Origin: Raillietiella orientalis
Taxonomy: Eukaryota
NCBI GenBank assembly: GCA_036172245.1
Contig: JAYWIR010000036.1
Span: 1,798,001 to 1,862,000 of the forward strand
Direction: 5' to 3'
DNA: 64,000 bases
Made by a program: the position numbers and the translations under genes
In this document: piece by piece, positions 13,331 through 24,989 of the stretch
How the letters are laid out: every line of letters starts with the position of its first letter
How positions within the stretch are numbered: position 1 is the stretch's first letter
The notes under the pieces: generated by a model
The model's input: only the letters and a program-made list of their open reading frames with translations
Told to the model about the DNA's origin: nothing
Databases searched by the model: none

Positions 13331-13399
13331 AGAGAAAGGACAGGAAAACAAATTTACAGTTGTTTGTTAAAGGTTTGTTTCAATAAATTCACCCCTCCG

Positions 13400-15420
13400 C
13401 TTGTCGGACCTGGAGAAAAATCGCTTGCACTGACGTCACCTGCTTTACGCTTGTTCCGTTTGGAGCGGAATGAGGAGAGAACAGAATGCTTCTGACGCCG
13501 AAGTGGTTCCCAAGATGGTTTGTGGGGAATCGGTCTTGACGCAGCGGCTTCGGTGCTGAGCCTTTTCACTGTCAAAGCTGCTCCAGAAAGAAGTCGCGAA
13601 ACCAGCAGAAAGATAGAAAGAGCAAGCGGAGGAATTAGAAGGTGAGGAAGTGCGATGCTTCCAGAAGACACGCCTAAGGTCACTGGCATTCGTGCCCGTG
13701 ACGCCGCAAGGTCCGCCTCTCCCAGCCAGTTCCTTGCCGACACACCTGTCACCGCTTCCGGTCGCACCTCAGTGGTATCCTCACGGGGACACCCGATGGG
13801 TCTGAACCTTCGCCGATGGCAGAGAGTCTCAGACTCCGACGGGTTGCCGCTGCTCCTTCCACGCGTTCGCGTCCTGGAGGGAAAGACACGCGCCCTGTCG
13901 GTCCCTGGGCGGTTCCAGGCTAGCTGCGAAACTCCTTCCCCAGCGAGGTGCCGCGGCGAGGCCTCCAGCGTCAACCCCCGCCGTCCCTCGGAAGTGTGGA
14001 CATCCGACCAGACTCTCCTGGAGACCCGTCGCGGAGGGCTCCAGCGTCTCAAAAGCCGACGACGATGTGCCGCAAGCCTTCGAGCTCGTCCCAAACCCTC
14101 CGTGCGGGAAGGAAAGCGCCGCACTCGGCCTTGAGGCATTCGCTCCTGATTCCGGAAAGAATCTCTTTTGTGAATTCCGGGATCCTTCTGGGAGACCTAC
14201 GCCTTCGGCCAGCGTTACCAGTAAGCGAGGTCCGTCTCGCTTTGCCACCCTTCTGATGGTCTTTCCGTTGCCTATGGCAGCGGCAGCGCGAACGTCTCGG
14301 ACGCGGTGAGCCACACGGTGGGAGACACTGCTTTCGCACGTACTGCAGTCGTGCTGGAGGTGTTGGAACGTCCGAGGGAGGTTTTGAGGGACGGGTCGCA
14401 AGGAGACCCCCAAGTGGAGAGCAGGACGTAGCGGAAGCGCACGCAGGGCGCGCGCCGCCTTCCGGGACGCCTCAGGGACGACTACGAACCGGTGCGTGAG
14501 AAGCGCTCGTCTTGCGGATGTTCGCTGCAGGCCACCCCGGGAAGAGGACGGTTTGTTCCAAAGAAAAGAAAGATGGCGTCGCACGCGTTCCGGAGGGGCG
14601 ATTTCGCAGTGCGAAGTGGGCGAGAGAGCCATTCCCAGGCCAGGCTCTCCCGGGAAAGCGCTCTCGGAGAGGAAGAGGCAGTCATGATGATGGTGCAGTT
14701 GCTCCTCCTTTGACAGGTTTCCGAGCAACCGCAAGCGCCGTCGTGACGGCAGACGCTGCTGACGCTGCTGGAACGGAGGGGTGCCCCGCCTCAAGTGGTG
14801 GACGTGGGAGGTGCCGTTTAGGAGTGACGGGGCGCGGACCGGCGGAGGCGGGCCTGTGGGCGCAGACCCGTGTCGCCCCAGCGGAACGAAAGCAACCGAC
14901 TGGCCGAGCCCTTGCGGAGGCTACCGGACCAGGTGAACGCCGGTCGCCCTCTCTCCTCGCTGGCTGCGCCATCTCGACGAAATGGAAGGGGGGGAGGAGG
15001 TCCCCGGTCAGGCACAGGGGAGACTCCGCGCACGCGCCGGTCGCACTCCCGGGTGGCGGTGGCCGCCGTCGAAGAGCCGTTGCCCCGGAGGGACAAGGAG
15101 GATGCGGAAAAAGATGGAGGAGCCTCTTGGGGACTGCCCATTCGAGCTGGGCCAGAGCCTCCCAGGACCTCGGGGCGGGCAGTGCTCCCGCTGCTGCTGC
15201 TGGCACGCGAGCGCGGCAGCCTCGGAAGAGCCACTTCGCTGGGAGGGAGCAGCTCGGACGAGAAGGCGAGGAGCGGATCCAGAGGGCGCCTCGAATCCAC
15301 CACGCAACCGGCAGGCGGAACGCGCGGCGAAGGAAAGGCGGGATGGTGCGCCCAAAGAGGTTTCCACCATCCCTCCCTGAGCGGGCTGCCCCCCATCGGT
15401 GGCGCCTCCTAAGGGCGGTC
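13400..15420 (-). mobile_element. Decayed Tx1/L1-like ORF2 (APE, linker, RT start)
   Basis: ORF 13829..14794(-) has TSH...FLWNKPS (~SDH...WKxN) and EGSRNSQKRFF (~EGExNTxFF). ORF 13354..14139(-) has LLIP (~LIPK). Confidence 0.55.
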
Positions 15421-16439
15421 CTCCCGACCGCCGCGGTCGTTGTCGCTGCCGCTTCCTCCTGAGCGTCCCCCGCCCATGCCTTCTCGGTGATCCTTCAGCC
15501 GCGGTCCGCCGTCCTCTCCTGCAACTCTCGGAGTTCTCCCGCCCGCTAGCGACCAATTCGCGCGCGCGCGTCTTCAGCGTCTTCTTTGGAGGGGAAAGGG
15601 GGGGAGGACGGAGCAGGGGAAGGCTCCTCTGACTTTTCGGACCCTCCCGGCGGCGGCAGGTTTGGATACCGGGGCAACCTCCTCGACGGAGGATGGCGTG
15701 CGACCTTCCTTCCCCTTTCCGGATCGACCGATGTGGCCTTGCCCTTCCTGGCCCGACAGCCGCGGGGCTGCGTGTCTTCACGGCCCACTCCACTCGCTCT
15801 GCGGCCCTTCCGGCAAAACCCGCTTTCGGCCCGCTTCCGCCCGAAGGCGCGGCGGGTCAGTTCCTTCCGGCTCTCTCTCGCGGCTTCCGGCATCGCCCCT
15901 GGCGCTTCCCTTATCTTATCTCGTCCGGCTGATCCGGACCTCGCACGCCCCGAAGGGAACTTCCGCCTTATCGGAGCTCTGCGCCCCGGCTGGGTCCGCA
16001 CGCGAGGGCGGACCACGACTGTTTCCTCTTCCCCCAGGCAGGGACGAGTCCGGTCGAGGAACGCGGCAGCGTGGGGAAGGGTCACGCACGCCTGTGCCCG
16101 ACGTGGGGGGAGGGAGGGACCGGGTCTTGCCGGAGCGGAACCCCCCGGACGCACGGCGTCATCGTGCGAAATGCTCTAGCAGGCCGCCGCCGCCGTCGAC
16201 TGCTGCCTGGATTACGTTCAGTCGGCGGCGCTTCCTGGGCAGGCACTCCCGGCTGTACCGAGGGATGCGCGCCATGCCTTGGCCTGACTTGCGGTCCAGT
16301 CAGGAGATGCTCAAGGCGGCGGAGGAGGAGGCGGAAGGAAAGGGGGGGGAGGGGAGGCAGCTGGGCCAACTGCCACCCGCACGAGCACCGCGAAAGCGGA
16401 GGCGCCACCGGCGCGGAGGGCGAAGGGATGGGATTTCTC

Positions 16440-16850
16440 CCTTTTTTCTGATTTTCTTGAAAGAGATTCCTCTCTTTTTCAAGAAGTGCCAAAAGACCGT
16501 CTGCCTCCCTAAGGGAAGAGGGGAGGGGGAAGGCTCTCACGAAGCTCACGAAGCACCGTCCACATCACCCGAGGGGGCGTGCGACTCTTCAGATCAGGGG
16601 GACCACTCCATGGGTCCAGGAAGGGCTCCGGAGGAAGGAGTCCGTTCCTCTCTCGCTCTTGAGAGGGGAGCCCCGGAGAGAATCATCGTCCTGGTTGTCT
16701 CCGTAGAGACCCTCCGTGTGTATGGGGGGGTCACTACTCGTTTCTTCCTTTCCGGAGGGAATCCGGAAAAGGGTCCGCTCCCTGTTACCTCTGGCGAGAA
16801 CCCCGAAGGAAGGCTTCCGGTGAATGGGGGAGGTCCTTCGGACGCACTGT
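16440..16850 (-). mobile_element. SINE-like element copy C (5'-truncated: array plus tail)
   Basis: CCTTCGGGGTTCTC-type units and a tail GGAGGCAGACGGTCTTTTGGCACTT similar to copies D, F and H. Confidence 0.7.
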
Positions 16851-16889
16851 TTTTCCTGACGGCCCGCGGTCACCCGAGCTGCAATTAAG

Positions 16890-17880
16890 CGTTCCCGCCG
16901 TCGCGTTATTAATTATGGCCTGACATCTGATGTCATCAAGGCAAATTACGTTTCCGTGCGACCGTGACGATTGAAATCCCGAAACCTCATAAAGATAAAT
17001 AAATATGCCCATTATATATATATACATACCAGTATATATACTTCTATACAGACTGATGTATAGAGTGATATGTATTGCAAAGGTCATAAACAGTAAATAC
17101 AGATGTTTGTTATGTGTGTGTATATATATGGAAATTTACTTTAACATATTTAGTAATATTTATTAGCATACTTATTATTAAATAGCTAATGATGCGTATT
17201 AATATATTATTAATACATGAGAGATTATAAAACATCAATATGTCTATGATGTATATTAATATACATAATAAATACATACTGAATATATATATATATGTGG
17301 AATATAAAAAATAAGAAATATAGGTAACAATTAAAAATAGTGGTTATGTAATAAACATATGCATCAATTTTTATCACCTTTAATATATATATTAATGATA
17401 TATTCGTCCTTCTCATTAATTGTATTAATAATAATAGAATGTTAATAAATACTGATGAATATGCATGTTAAAATGAATACGTATATTAATCTGCATGTAA
17501 ATACACACATCAACATACATAATAAGCACATGTATTTATTTTCCACAATTTTTAATATATATATATATTGAAGACTGTGAAACATAACTGTATCTTTCTT
17601 ATTATAGTATGTCTCTTACATATGCTAACAAATATATAAAATAGAGATTGTGAAAAATAAATACATGTGCTTATTATGTATGTTAATGTATGTATTTACA
17701 TGCAGATTAATATAGATACTTATTTTAGCACACATATTCATCAGTATTTATTAACATTCTATTATTATTAATACGACTAATGTGATGGACTAACACATCA
17801 TTAATATACACATTAAAGGTGATAAAAATGGATGTATGTATATGCTAGTATATGTAAGAAACATCCTTATTTATTCACCT
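16890..17880. repeat. AT-rich repeat copy 2 with ~190-bp imperfect inverted repeat
   Basis: 17356-17549 is approximately the reverse complement of 17647-17838. Confidence 0.75.
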
Positions 17881-17889
17881 TTTACGATC

Positions 17890-19050
17890 TTCCGACGTCC
17901 GGGATTCTGAGCGAAACCCCGCGCGGTTGCTGCCGCCAGCAGTCCGGAGGTCAACTCGCCCTGCATCCTGTTGATGGCTCTCTTTCGCTCCCGCCGCCAG
18001 AACCGGGAATTCCTCTCAGGGCTACTGCTCTTGCTGGTGGCGTCCCGCAGGCTGCTGGGATGGGCGGGGGTACCACGAACGCCCGCCCAGCCGGCGGAAG
18101 CGACCCCCCGCGTGACAATCAGAGGAGACGAACCCGGAAAGTCCTCCAGACCAACTGACGTGGGCCATCCATGGCCCAGGGCTTCACCCGCATCAGAGCT
18201 GACGCGAGGGACAGCTGGCTGGGCGTCACCGCTGCCCGCCGACGCCGCGTGCGCCAGTGCCTCCCAGCCGCGAACGCTGCGGACAACGCTCCCTATCAAC
18301 CGATGGTCCCGCTGGCTTCCGCTGCATCCTCGCGTGCGGTCCTCGCGTTCCCGGAAGGCGTCTTCCTCCTTCTGGGAACAGAAGAGCCGGTTCCTTCCCT
18401 CTACACAGGTGGCGCTTCGGCCGAACGCGCGTCCTCCAGGGAAGAGGTGGAGGCAGCTTTCTTCCAGAAGCGGCCGGCTCTCGATGACGCAACAGGAAGG
18501 GGGGGACGAGGCCCACCTTCCTGAATTCTCCCGTTTCCTTCTTCGTCCATTTCTCGAGGAAGTGACAGCGAGCTTTCTCGGGAAGCGGCGGGCGGACTTC
18601 GCGAGGATTCGCCGCCGGCCAAAAACGTGAGAGGACCGAGGCGGAGCCGCCGCGGTTCCCTCCGCTGCTTTTTCTCTTCGCCGGCATCGGCGCTGCGAGC
18701 GAGCGAGCACGGCGCTGATCTTCGTGTTGCCTGAGGCGTCCCGCCTTCGTCTCCCTCCCGCGTCCCGGCCGGGGGCCGGTCCAGGCTGGCTCCGGGGGCG
18801 GATGCGCAAGGCTATCGGCTTCCCAAGCTACGAAAAATCCATCGCGGGGATGCAGCGCACGGATGAAGAAGAGTCGTCGGGGAGCGGAGATCGGAATCTC
18901 TCGCTTCCCGACAACGTCCAGTTCCTCCGCGGCTGCAAGCAATCGCCGGGAAACCTTGGAAGCTCCAGAGATCTGCTCGGATGCAATTCGCTTTCCGCGA
19001 TGTGGTCAGTTGGTCCATTCTCTTCCATCCGTCTTTCAAGGTTTCCGCTA
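17890..19050 (+). mobile_element. Possible decayed Tx1/L1-like ORF2 (APE to linker)
   Basis: RGCSARMKKSRRGAEIGISRF (~RG..RSR...GE..S.FF) near 18845-18910. Confidence 0.3.
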
Positions 19051-19622
19051 ACGCGGGCGCGCCGCCTTCTCGGGGCAGGAATGCCCTTGCGATTCCCCAA
19101 ATTCCTGAAGATCCGAGATAAAGAGACCCCCCTCCACGGGGATGTCAGCGCGGAGCAACGATGGAGGAAAGAGGAAGACGGAAAAGATTTCCGCGCGAAA
19201 GATCAGCTTTCGCACAGAGAGATGCCGATCGGTGAGGACCCAACCTGTTCGCGAATGAGGAGACGTGGGAGCGTCGACTTCAGGAAGAATACCGGCGGGA
19301 GGACAGATGTGAAGGTGATGCGCAAGGAGGACATGCTGAGACCTCCTGCATCGTTCCGGAAGAGAGATGAAGGCGGTCGCTTGGATCGTGGAGGACGCTC
19401 GACAGCTGCAGCGACACCACCGCGGGAAGAAGCGCGAGAGCTTTCCCGTGCTCGAAATGCGGCTGCTGAATGTTTCGGCGGTGTGCTCGTTGGAAAATCA
19501 CCGTCAGGTTCTTTGCGCATGCGTGATTTCGAAACACCGAAGCGTGCGCGAGACCGTGTGCGGAGCTACGTGGGGAAGCAGCACAGTGGCTTTCCGCACC
19601 CCTTCTTTTTCCTCCTCCTCCT

Positions 19623-19658
19623 CTTCTTCTTCTTCTTCAGAAGAAGAAGAAGAAGAAG
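19623..19658. repeat. Self-complementary microsatellite (CTT)5C-A-(GAA)6G
   Basis: Read directly from the sequence. Confidence 0.9.
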
Positions 19659-19899
19659 GAAGACTGGTCAGCATCCATTACTAACGAAGTTTCCGGGAAG
19701 TTGCCTCGTCGGAATTCCAAGTGAGGATAATCCGTTCCCAATCTTCTGCGAGGACAAAGGCTTCGATGTCGAGAACATCTATGATAACAAATTTCGGGAT
19801 CTGAGACTCTGTTCGTCCACCATCTGCGAGTGACCACCTGGGACGCAGAAAGAGATGATTTCAGTGCTGTGAACAGATGGTTCAAGATTGCGTCCCCAT

Positions 19900-22300
19900 A
19901 GAGATCATTTTATTCCCAAACAGCCATGCTACTTTTATTTGCAAACACCGCGCAGGTCACAAAGGATGCATTCGATTGCTGAGATCTTTTGTAAGTGACA
20001 AACACTTCGCTATGTAAAAAAGTGTTTGCTGATAGGGAATGGAATGCAGTCGGGACTGTGTGGGATAATTTTACAGCTTACTTATCCTTTATTGCATGAA
20101 GTCTGGCAAAACCGCTGACACTGATTTTGCAAATACGAAGACATGCGGTTTCCGAACCGTGCTTCTTTCGTTTTTTTTTTTTTTCTTCCTTTCAAACTTC
20201 CAGTCTTTTCGCCTATGATTGTATCCTCCTTCTGAAATACATCGGAAGCCCGGAATTTCGAAGCAGAAGATGAAGATAAAGCGAAAGAATCAAGTTTGAA
20301 GTTGGAAAACAATGCGAGGAAGCGAAACATAAGTCACGTGCCTCATGCAAAGGAAGCTTCAACTTTGTTGCAATAGTTTGTCCCATTTGCAAAAGAAAGC
20401 TATCATTCCTATGCATTTATTATGTGAGTATTTGAATATACGGAATTATGTACATGGTTTTAATTGGTAAATGACGGTGGCTCCTGTAATTAAGCAACGA
20501 CTTTTTCAAAGCTGACTACCAACTGGTGATCTGCAGTAGATAAAGGTAGGAAGGGAAACGTGCTTTGGCTGCCGTCCCTGCATCAAGTTTATATTTTAGT
20601 GCCGCACTTATGCTAAACAACCTTTTCATCTTCAAAATTTTTTTCTCCCCTGGCTCGGGTAATTAATAACCAGAAGCTACACGGACCTCGTGGATCCTTG
20701 GACCGGATTCCCCAGGTTTAATGAGGGTGTGCAACGACTTCCGACGCTTCCGACGGAGGCAATCACAGGGGCTGTGGTCAGCCATTTGATGTGTCTTCCG
20801 TTCAAGTTGATGGAATTCAAGGATTTTGGACTTGCACATGCTGGAATATTTTCTGCCTTTGGTTTCTGTGCGGGACTCGACTTTGTGGTGCTCACACGCG
20901 TGATGCTGCGATCTGACTACCACTGAAGCCTGCTTAGCACGAGGCTTGTTGCGGATGTCGTCTACCTGCAGTGCCTTTTCCGGCACCTGTTCATATCCAG
21001 GAATAAAACAACTAGAGTTTTCGAGATCTGCCTGGGATGATTTCGAGCCCTGTTTCGCGGAGACCCAAATCCTCTCACGGTCGTCTTCTAAGCTTCCTCC
21101 AGCCTTTCATCCATCAAGGAAATTTCCTGATGCTCAAACTGCATCATGAAATTTGTGCGTACTGGCGAGAAGGCCACAGAAAAGAAGTGCCAAATCGCGC
21201 AGTGATGCGAGTCCAAGACAGGGAATCTTCGATCACGATGAGACAAGAACACTGAGGTTCGCCAGTGTTCCCAGCTTCAGAGTCCGACTGCTGCCTTGAA
21301 GAACACTGCATGCCTCAATAAAGAATTCCCGGTGCTCAACTATTCTGTGGTCTTACAAGATCGTGTCAGGGTGCATGAGTGCATTCTTCTGCGAGGAGTG
21401 ATCTCTCTGATACAGTGTTTCTAAATTTTTGCTCATGAGTGACACGTAGGAACACCCAATTTTTCACAGCATCCTGCATCCATTTAGGGGAACCTCATTC
21501 AGTAGGTAGTAGACGAACACTTGCTGGGTAGTGGGCGCCCAAGAGGGATGTAACATTCCTACTATGATGATCTCTAGTTTTCTTCTGTGCAGAGTGGTCC
21601 AGAAGTGGTCCTAGGTTGGATTTGGTCTTGCACGTGCATCAGCAGTTGTTGTATCAGTTAGCTGCGTCATCGAGAGGTGATACACATGCGGACTCGAATG
21701 CAAGCGGTCAATTCTCAAAATGGAATAGAGAGGAGACCAATGGATTGGAACACCAAATTTGCGAGATGTTCTATTTCGGGACGGGCATTTAATTACCAAC
21801 ACATTACACGATTCCATCATACTGCTGTTTACGATCGGATTAGTTGATTAATGGATGCGATAATTAGGTTGATGGCTGATCCTTTTGCAACTTCATGAGT
21901 TCGGAAAATGGCGCAAAAGGAGAATTGTGTCCAAGGAGATGAGCTGCAAACGCCATGTCATTTTGTAGCCAGCATCTCTTCCCGTCCCCGAACGAAGGCA
22001 ACTGCGGCAAATATTAGCTGGCAGTCAGGGAATCTGAGGATTGATTCGCCTCGTGTTTGGTGAGATTGGGGATCTGTCTGAATGTTGGAGTTTTGCAAAA
22101 TTGGAATTCGCCCGAAGAGTCACACCAATACCTCGAAACCCAACCACGCCACAAACACGGAATTCTATGAAAGAGGTGGGGAATGCAATGAAATGCACAC
22201 TCCAGATGCTTCCTAGATTTTACAAGTACGCTACTCGAGTCAGGCTCGTTTCAATTAATCAGGTCATTAAAATCATGCTGGGCTTCTGCTTTCTGCTAGG
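19900..22300 (-). mobile_element. Decayed L1/Tx1-like reverse transcriptase
   Basis: Ordered motifs HWSPLYSILRID (~NWRPISLLNxD) ~21720, KLGVP/KNLETLY ~21410-21465, FFIEACSVLQGS (~F.I.RGVRQG) ~21300. Confidence 0.5.
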
Positions 22301-22688
22301 GATCAAATGTTTCACGAATACACCCCAGATTTCATGAGCAGTCATGCATACCACTGAATAAAAAAATCGACCTCCGTCGGCATGGGAACCCCCAGAGGGC
22401 AAAGCGGACGTGTGCACGTATGCAACAATGTTGCCAACATCAAGCAGCTTTGTTTCGTACCGATGGAGGCAGACGTTTCATCTGCGGTGATGACTTTTAC
22501 TTAATAAGCTTAGCTTTGATGAGGAGAAAATTTTCGAAATCGTAAAAAAAAGGTGGGTTTGTCTCCATTTCTGGGTAGTACTTTGAGGAACTGACATTCA
22601 TATCAGTTAACGAAAGATACCCGAGGAGCTGGAGTAACGCTATGTAGTTGCAATGACGAAAAAAATAAATACTGACTTGACAAATGAT

Positions 22689-23582
22689 GGCCGATAGGAT
22701 GTAAAGAAAGAACAAATAAGAGAAACAAAATGTACTGGTGGTTCTGAACACATACGTCCCCATTTCATTTTTCCACGTAGTCATCATTTTTTTCGAAACA
22801 CTTTTGATACCGTGGAACCAACTTTTTGAAACCGTCCGATAAAATTCCGCCGCCTGGGAGTCCAGCCAGTTCAGCAGCACTGCAGTTTTCCACTCCTCCC
22901 TTTCCCCTTCGAGTGGTTGAGCCACTTCTCGAGGTGCAGGAAGACGTGGCAGCCACTGTGCAGGACTGTAAGGTGGATTATCAAAAAGTTCCCATTTGAA
23001 TTTCAGAATTATCTGGAATATGCAGACAGCATGTTTTGCCAAGGAGCGCGTTGTTGAGAAGGAGAGTAATTCCTGATCTAAGCATCCCACGTCGTCGGTT
23101 CTGCTGAATGGCACACGCCGCAGTTTTAAAAGTGTTCCACAGTAGACTTGCGAAGCGATAGTTGCTCCAGGCTCTATAAAGTCCACCAAAAGCACACTCC
23201 TGTGGTCCCACACACCGCTGTCGGCACATTCCAGATAATTCTGAAATTCAAATGGGAACTTTTTGATAATCCACCTTACAGTCCTGCACAGTGGCTGCCA
23301 CGTCTTCCTGCACCTCGAGAAGTGGCTCAACCACTCGAAGGGGAAAGGGAGGAGTGGAAAACTGCAGTGCTGCTGAACTGGCTGGACTCCCAGGCGGCGG
23401 AATTTTATCGGACGGTTTCAAAAAGTTGGTTCCACGGTATCAAAAGTGTTTCGAAAAAAATGATGACTACGTGGAAAAATGAAATGGGGACGTATGTGTT
23501 CAGAACCACCAATACATTTTGTTTCTCTTATTTGTTCTTTCTTTACGTCCTATCGGCCCTTACTTTTGAAATGCGCCTCGCA
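22689..23582. mobile_element. Mariner (Tc1/mariner) transposase fragment with inverted duplication of its 3' end
   Basis: Minus strand: WDHRSVLLVDFIEPGATI..VYCGTLLKLRR, RRGMLRSGITLL, FKWELFDNPPYSP, KKLVPRYQKCFEKNDDYVEK. The same C-terminus occurs on the plus strand and ends in TIR-like TTACTTTTGAAATGCGCCTCG. Confidence 0.9.
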
Positions 23583-24989
23583 TCTGTGAGAAATGACAGC
23601 AGCTACTATAAAGGAATGCTTGGGCTGTTATTCTCCGAAAAATTCATCTACATAATTAGAGGTGTATGCAACTCATTAATAACTGCCATGCAATTAAGCA
23701 ATCTTAAAACCCAGGGGTCTTTCGCTAGGAACGAGGTGCATTTTCCATGAAGGTGGTCCACATGACTGCGTTTAAAAACGAGCGCGAGGTGTTTCCAAAT
23801 TGATGAGGACACGAAGTGCAGAAGTCTGATCTTTGCCTCAATGAACGTAGGTAGGTGTAAACCGGTCTGCCGTAAAGAAAAGAAATCCGCACAAAGACGC
23901 CACCTTTTATGTAAGGCGAAATGGCACACACAATGTCACAGTTAGGGTCAGTTCGAAGGCGAGACCTCCCTAAAACACCGGAATGCTACAGATCAGATTA
24001 GGTAAGAAAATGAATAAGTGAAGGTTTAAAAGTGAGCACCTTGTTGGAGCTCTCCATCAATCAGTCCCAGAGCAAATTGATTACTTGTTGCGTTTCTTCT
24101 ATCAGGGTGGAAGAGCTCAATGAGAAAACTTCTTGGCATGAAGAAGAAATGATTCCCGCTTGAATGTGAGCAAGTATCTCTATTCTGCTCCACATCACTT
24201 TTCGTTTTGCACATTTATTTTCCGTAACAGAGTTTCCCTTTTTTTTTCCCTCTCTCTTCCGAGGGAACTCGTTTGTTTCTTGCATCTTCCATTGGAGCTT
24301 GGACCGACTAGCAACGCAGAAAAACCCGCGTTAAAAAATCATTCCGTTATTTCGGCGTGAGTATGCGTGTGCTGCTCCGGGTTTTTCCCGAGCTTGCTGT
24401 ACGGAGCTCCTGGAGCACTGTACAGTTCTATGCAAAGTTGCTGATGAAGCCGCTCGTGGGCTGGGCGCCCGAGGTCGAACTTGCAGAATCCGTTGAAATT
24501 ATAGAATCGACAGAATCCAAGAAACTCACGCTGTGCGTTGTGCAGACGCAGCAGCTTCCTTCGATCCAGATTTCGGCGATCGTGACTTTTGAGCGTCCTG
24601 CGCAGTCACGGAGTCTGGTGTTGGAGCCGCCATCCAACACACCGGCGTGGCAGCTGTTGCGATCCGGCGAGCGAAGAGGTTTCTTCTGCGGGCGACTCGC
24701 CACCGGCAGCGGAAGGGGGGGGGGGGGCAGAAGTGCGCGTTTTTTTCCGCGGACTTTGGCGGCTGTGCTCGCATCCTTGAGTCGGATTCGGAAACAGGCA
24801 CTGTTCTTTCGCTGATGGACGGAGCCGTCCCGACCAGCAACTCTTTCGTCCCTCCTCTAGCATCTTTTGTGACCCTCAGAAGGTTGGATGCTGGCCATGC
24901 GCGTGAGTGACGCCTGCTCTGCTCGCGAAGATGCAGAGGAGTCACTGACGGGCGAGATCGGCGCAATTGCATAGCGCCGGGAGAGGATC

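Noticed and set aside
15662..16888. Long ORFs (408 aa here; also 29266..30543 and 18724..19833) as genes
   Set aside because: They are Arg/Gly/Pro/Ser-rich products of GC-rich DNA that cross repeat boundaries and show no recognisable domain.
22355..22420. Another tRNA/SINE-like head on the minus strand
   Set aside because: The B-box match is poor and there is no A-box or second copy.
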